Positions 61,320-64,000 of a stretch of DNA of 64,000 nucleotides are shown here, in pieces. The stretch spans positions 288,001-352,000 of the forward strand of contig OZ241981.1 in assembly GCA_965204345.1 (NCBI GenBank). Direction: 5' to 3'. Every line of letters begins with the position of its first letter. Within the stretch, counting starts at the first letter, position 1. The translations under genes were made by a program, and so were the position numbers. Source of the DNA: Nitrosopumilus sp. (GTDB lineage: Archaea > Thermoproteota > Nitrososphaeria > Nitrososphaerales > Nitrosopumilaceae). Under the pieces are notes generated by a model. It saw nothing but the letters and a program-made list of their open reading frames with translations, was not told where the DNA came from and did no database searches.

Positions 61320-62132
61320 TTGAAGCTATCCGTTGCAATTCCCCAGTCGGCGTTATCAGACGAATCATTAAAAATAGACAAGACAAGAAAAATTTCAGTC
61401 CTGGCAAGGGCATGCGCAATTTTTAAAATCGATACAATCTATGTGTACCAGGAAGGAAACAGCAAGTCAGAAGGGGCATTAATGGTGATGATACTAAAAT
61501 ATTTAGAGACGCCGCAATTTTTGAGAAGAAGATTGTTTCCAAAAATCAACGACCTGAAATTTGCAGGAGTGCTCCAGCCATTAAAAATTCCAAGCCACGT
61601 AACACCAGTAAATGCCAAAAAAATTAAGAGTAGAGACATCAGAGAGGGGCTAGTAGTAAGTGTAAGGGGCAAAAAATTTGCAGATGTTGGAATCAATCAG
61701 CTACTCAGATATTATGGAGATGCACCGACTGGAAAAAGAATTACAGTCCAATTCAAAGAGGGCTATCCAAGACTGTCAATTAAAGAGATAGGGAGGGAAG
61801 AAATTCCACAGTATTGGGGATATTCAGTCAAAGAAAGGGCAAACTTGTTTTCATTGTTATCAGAATGGAAAGGAAATATAATTCTGACGTCAAGAAAAGG
61901 CAAGACAGTAACAAATGAACAGCTCTCAAAATATACAAAATCCAAAGAACCGACTCTTGTGGTATTTGGGTCCCCTGAAAAAGGAATTCATGAGATAATT
62001 GGAGGCAGAATGAACAGAGTTCAAAATGCAAAATCATTAAACTTTTTTCCAAACCAAGCAACCCAAACAGTACGGCTAGAAGAAGCCCTCATGGGTACCC
62101 TGGCAATAATTAATGCGCAGTGTTCAACGTGA
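61320..62132 (+). CDS. SPOUT-family RNA methyltransferase (DUF171-like)
   Basis: YLETPQFLR, YWGY, VFGSP, NQATQTVRLEEA. Confidence 0.88.
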   Translation: MKLSVAIPQSALSDESLKIDKTRKISVLARACAIFKIDTIYVYQEGNSKSEGALMVMILKYLETPQFLRRRLFPKINDLKFAGVLQPLKIPSHVTPVNAKKIKSRDIREGLVVSVRGKKFADVGINQLLRYYGDAPTGKRITVQFKEGYPRLSIKEIGREEIPQYWGYSVKERANLFSLLSEWKGNIILTSRKGKTVTNEQLSKYTKSKEPTLVVFGSPEKGIHEIIGGRMNRVQNAKSLNFFPNQATQTVRLEEALMGTLAIINAQCST

Positions 62133-62134
62133 CA

Positions 62135-62245
62135 ATGGCTGAAAGAAAAAACTTCTTGATTATGGCAATGGGTTTGGGAGCAGCAGGGATCATAATTGGA
62201 GGATATACGATTTGGAACCATGTCTCAGAGTTATTCTCACCTTGA
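62135..62245 (+). CDS. small single-TM protein (36 aa)
   Basis: MAERKNFLIMAMGLGAAGIIIGGYTIWNHVSELFSP. Confidence 0.5.
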   Translation: MAERKNFLIMAMGLGAAGIIIGGYTIWNHVSELFSP

Positions 62246-62341
62246 TAGTTAGTTAGACATAGTTGGTTAACCAAGAAATAATTTATGGTTAACGATATCT
62301 CACATGGTTTAATAGAGGGAGATCAGTGATGCGACTTAAGC

Positions 62342-63337
62342 ATGGGAGCTCGAAAACGACATTCGCCGCGCAGAGGAAGTCTTGCATATTCGCCAAGAGT
62401 GCGTGCAAAAAGCATGGAAGCAAGAATTAGAGCATGGCCAAAACGAACAGCAGGTGAAGAGCCAAAAATTTTATCACATTGCGGGTTCAAAGCAGGATGT
62501 GTACAGATTGTAAGTATTGATGATCGTGACAAGGTTCCAAATGCAGGAAAGCAGCTGGTAAGTCTAGGAACAGTCCTAGTAACACCACCGGTTCTGATTT
62601 TAGGAATCAGGGGATATTCAAAAGATCACGACGGCAAGCATGCAGAATTTGACGTGTATGCAGAGGATATTCCAAAAAATATTGCAAAAGAGATTACAAT
62701 TAAAAATATTGCAGGTTCGATTGAAGATGCAGAATCGCGACTAAGGAAAATAAAAGAGATATATGCAATTGTTGCAGTTTCCCCAAAGGCGGCAGGCCTA
62801 GAACAAAAAAAGCCATATATCTTTGAGGCAATGGTGAGCGGAGGAGACATTCAAAAACAGTTTGCTCACGTTAAAGAATTGCTGGGAAAGGAAATCAAGA
62901 TTGATCAAATTTTTGAAACAGGTGCAACTGTGGATGTTGCAGCAATTACAAAGGGTCATGGCTGGCAGGGAGTGCTAAAAAGATGGAATGTCAAGAAGAA
63001 ACAGCACAAATCCAGAAAAACAGTCAGAGAAGTAGGATCACTTGGCCCAATTTCGCCACAAAGTGTAATGTATACAGTACCTAGGGCAGGACAGTTTGGA
63101 TTCCACCAGAGAATAGAATACGACAAGAGAATAATGATAATTGGAAACGCAGAATCAGACGAAATTAAAATAAATCCAGATGGAGGATACAAGCATTTTG
63201 GATTGGTTAAAGGGGATTTCATAATTCTAAAGGGTTCAGTGCCAGGCACGTACAAGAGGCTGATCAAATTAAGAAGTCAAATTAGAAATGCGCCAGACAA
63301 GGTTACCAAGCCAAACATTTTGGAGGTGGTAGTATAA
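62342..63337 (+). CDS. rpl3: 50S ribosomal protein L3
   Basis: PRRGSLAYSPR, TKGHGWQG, VPRAGQFGFHQR. Confidence 0.97.
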   Translation: MGARKRHSPRRGSLAYSPRVRAKSMEARIRAWPKRTAGEEPKILSHCGFKAGCVQIVSIDDRDKVPNAGKQLVSLGTVLVTPPVLILGIRGYSKDHDGKHAEFDVYAEDIPKNIAKEITIKNIAGSIEDAESRLRKIKEIYAIVAVSPKAAGLEQKKPYIFEAMVSGGDIQKQFAHVKELLGKEIKIDQIFETGATVDVAAITKGHGWQGVLKRWNVKKKQHKSRKTVREVGSLGPISPQSVMYTVPRAGQFGFHQRIEYDKRIMIIGNAESDEIKINPDGGYKHFGLVKGDFIILKGSVPGTYKRLIKLRSQIRNAPDKVTKPNILEVVV

Positions 63338-64000
63338 TGAAGACAGCATCATACACAACCACCGGAACAAAAGATGCAGAAGTGGAACTTCCAATAATTT
63401 TTTCAACTCCGTTTAGAAGAGAACTGATTCACAAGGCATTTACCAATTTAACGTCTCACAAGTTCCAAAGACAGGGAAGAAAGCCAAATGCAGGCATGGA
63501 CGTAGTGGCAGATTCTAATGATCCGCCAACTGGTCAGGGCGTATCTCGTGTTGCAAGAATGCAGGGAGGAGGAGGAGGAAGGCAGGGCCAGGGGGCAGAA
63601 GTTGCATCCACAAGGGGCGGAAGACAGGCACATCCTCCAATAGTAGAAAAAATAATTTACAAAAAATTAAACAAAAAAGAAAACAAGCTTGCATTATGCT
63701 CAGCAATTGCAGCAACAGCATCAAGAGACCTTGTAGAGTCAAGAGGACATAAAATTGAGGGTATAGAGTCATTTCCAATCATAGTATCAGACGATATAGA
63801 GGCAATTTCAAAAACAAGTGAGATTATCAGGGTACTAGACTCCTTAAAGCTATCACAGGATGTAAAAAGACTAAATGCAAGAAAGGCGCGTTCTGGACAG
63901 TCAAGATTAAGGGGAAGAAGCAAGAAAACTGGAAAAAGCGTCTTATTTGTAACAGCAGATTCCTCAAACCTTTCAAAGGCAGTAGGCGCATTGCCAGGAG
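63337..64000 (+). CDS. rpl4: 50S ribosomal protein L4 (partial, runs off window)
   Basis: MKTASYT...GVSRVAR...TRGGRQAHPP; coupled to rpl3. Confidence 0.95.
   Translation, partial: MKTASYTTTGTKDAEVELPIIFSTPFRRELIHKAFTNLTSHKFQRQGRKPNAGMDVVADSNDPPTGQGVSRVARMQGGGGGRQGQGAEVASTRGGRQAHPPIVEKIIYKKLNKKENKLALCSAIAATASRDLVESRGHKIEGIESFPIIVSDDIEAISKTSEIIRVLDSLKLSQDVKRLNARKARSGQSRLRGRSKKTGKSVLFVTADSSNLSKAVGALPG

Noticed and set aside
62262-62312. TTGGTTAACCAA palindrome upstream of rpl3
   Set aside because: Possible regulator site, but a single AT-rich palindrome is insufficient without comparative data.

Overview
Archaeal DNA of Nitrosopumilaceae (Thaumarchaeota/Nitrososphaerota) type. This is inferred from the archaeal rpl3/rpl4, psmA, CdvB/ESCRT-III, type II GAPDH, HMG-CoA synthase, thiolase+DUF35 and bio genes. 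The expanded secreted S8 proteases plus serpin suggest a host-associated (e.g. sponge) lineage, which is also inference. Housekeeping blocks (22.1-41.5 kb, 48.1-57.5 kb, 60.5-64 kb) alternate with accessory islands (1-22 kb, 41.5-48 kb, 54-55.3 kb, 57.9-60.4 kb). The islands carry intact and decayed copies of one secreted-protein module. The module has four parts: S8 subtilisin-like proteases, a 1472-aa scaffold whose metzincin domain has lost all zinc ligands, a loop-hypervariable secreted protein family, and a serpin. The main observation is a split beta-sandwich domain. Every S8 copy stops at the same point two-thirds of the way through the domain (…FDWQAS[AE][ND]*), and the missing last third occurs twice in tandem inside the scaffold. 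This suggests a protease complex assembled by fragment complementation. Also seen: a DDE transposon family with CACTGTTCAA ends usually flanked by TA that repeatedly hits the module, two unrelated repeat-spacer-repeat scars with the same 74-bp period (CRISPR-integration-like geometry), and an atypical tRNA-like gene. All alignments were done by eye; no searches were run.
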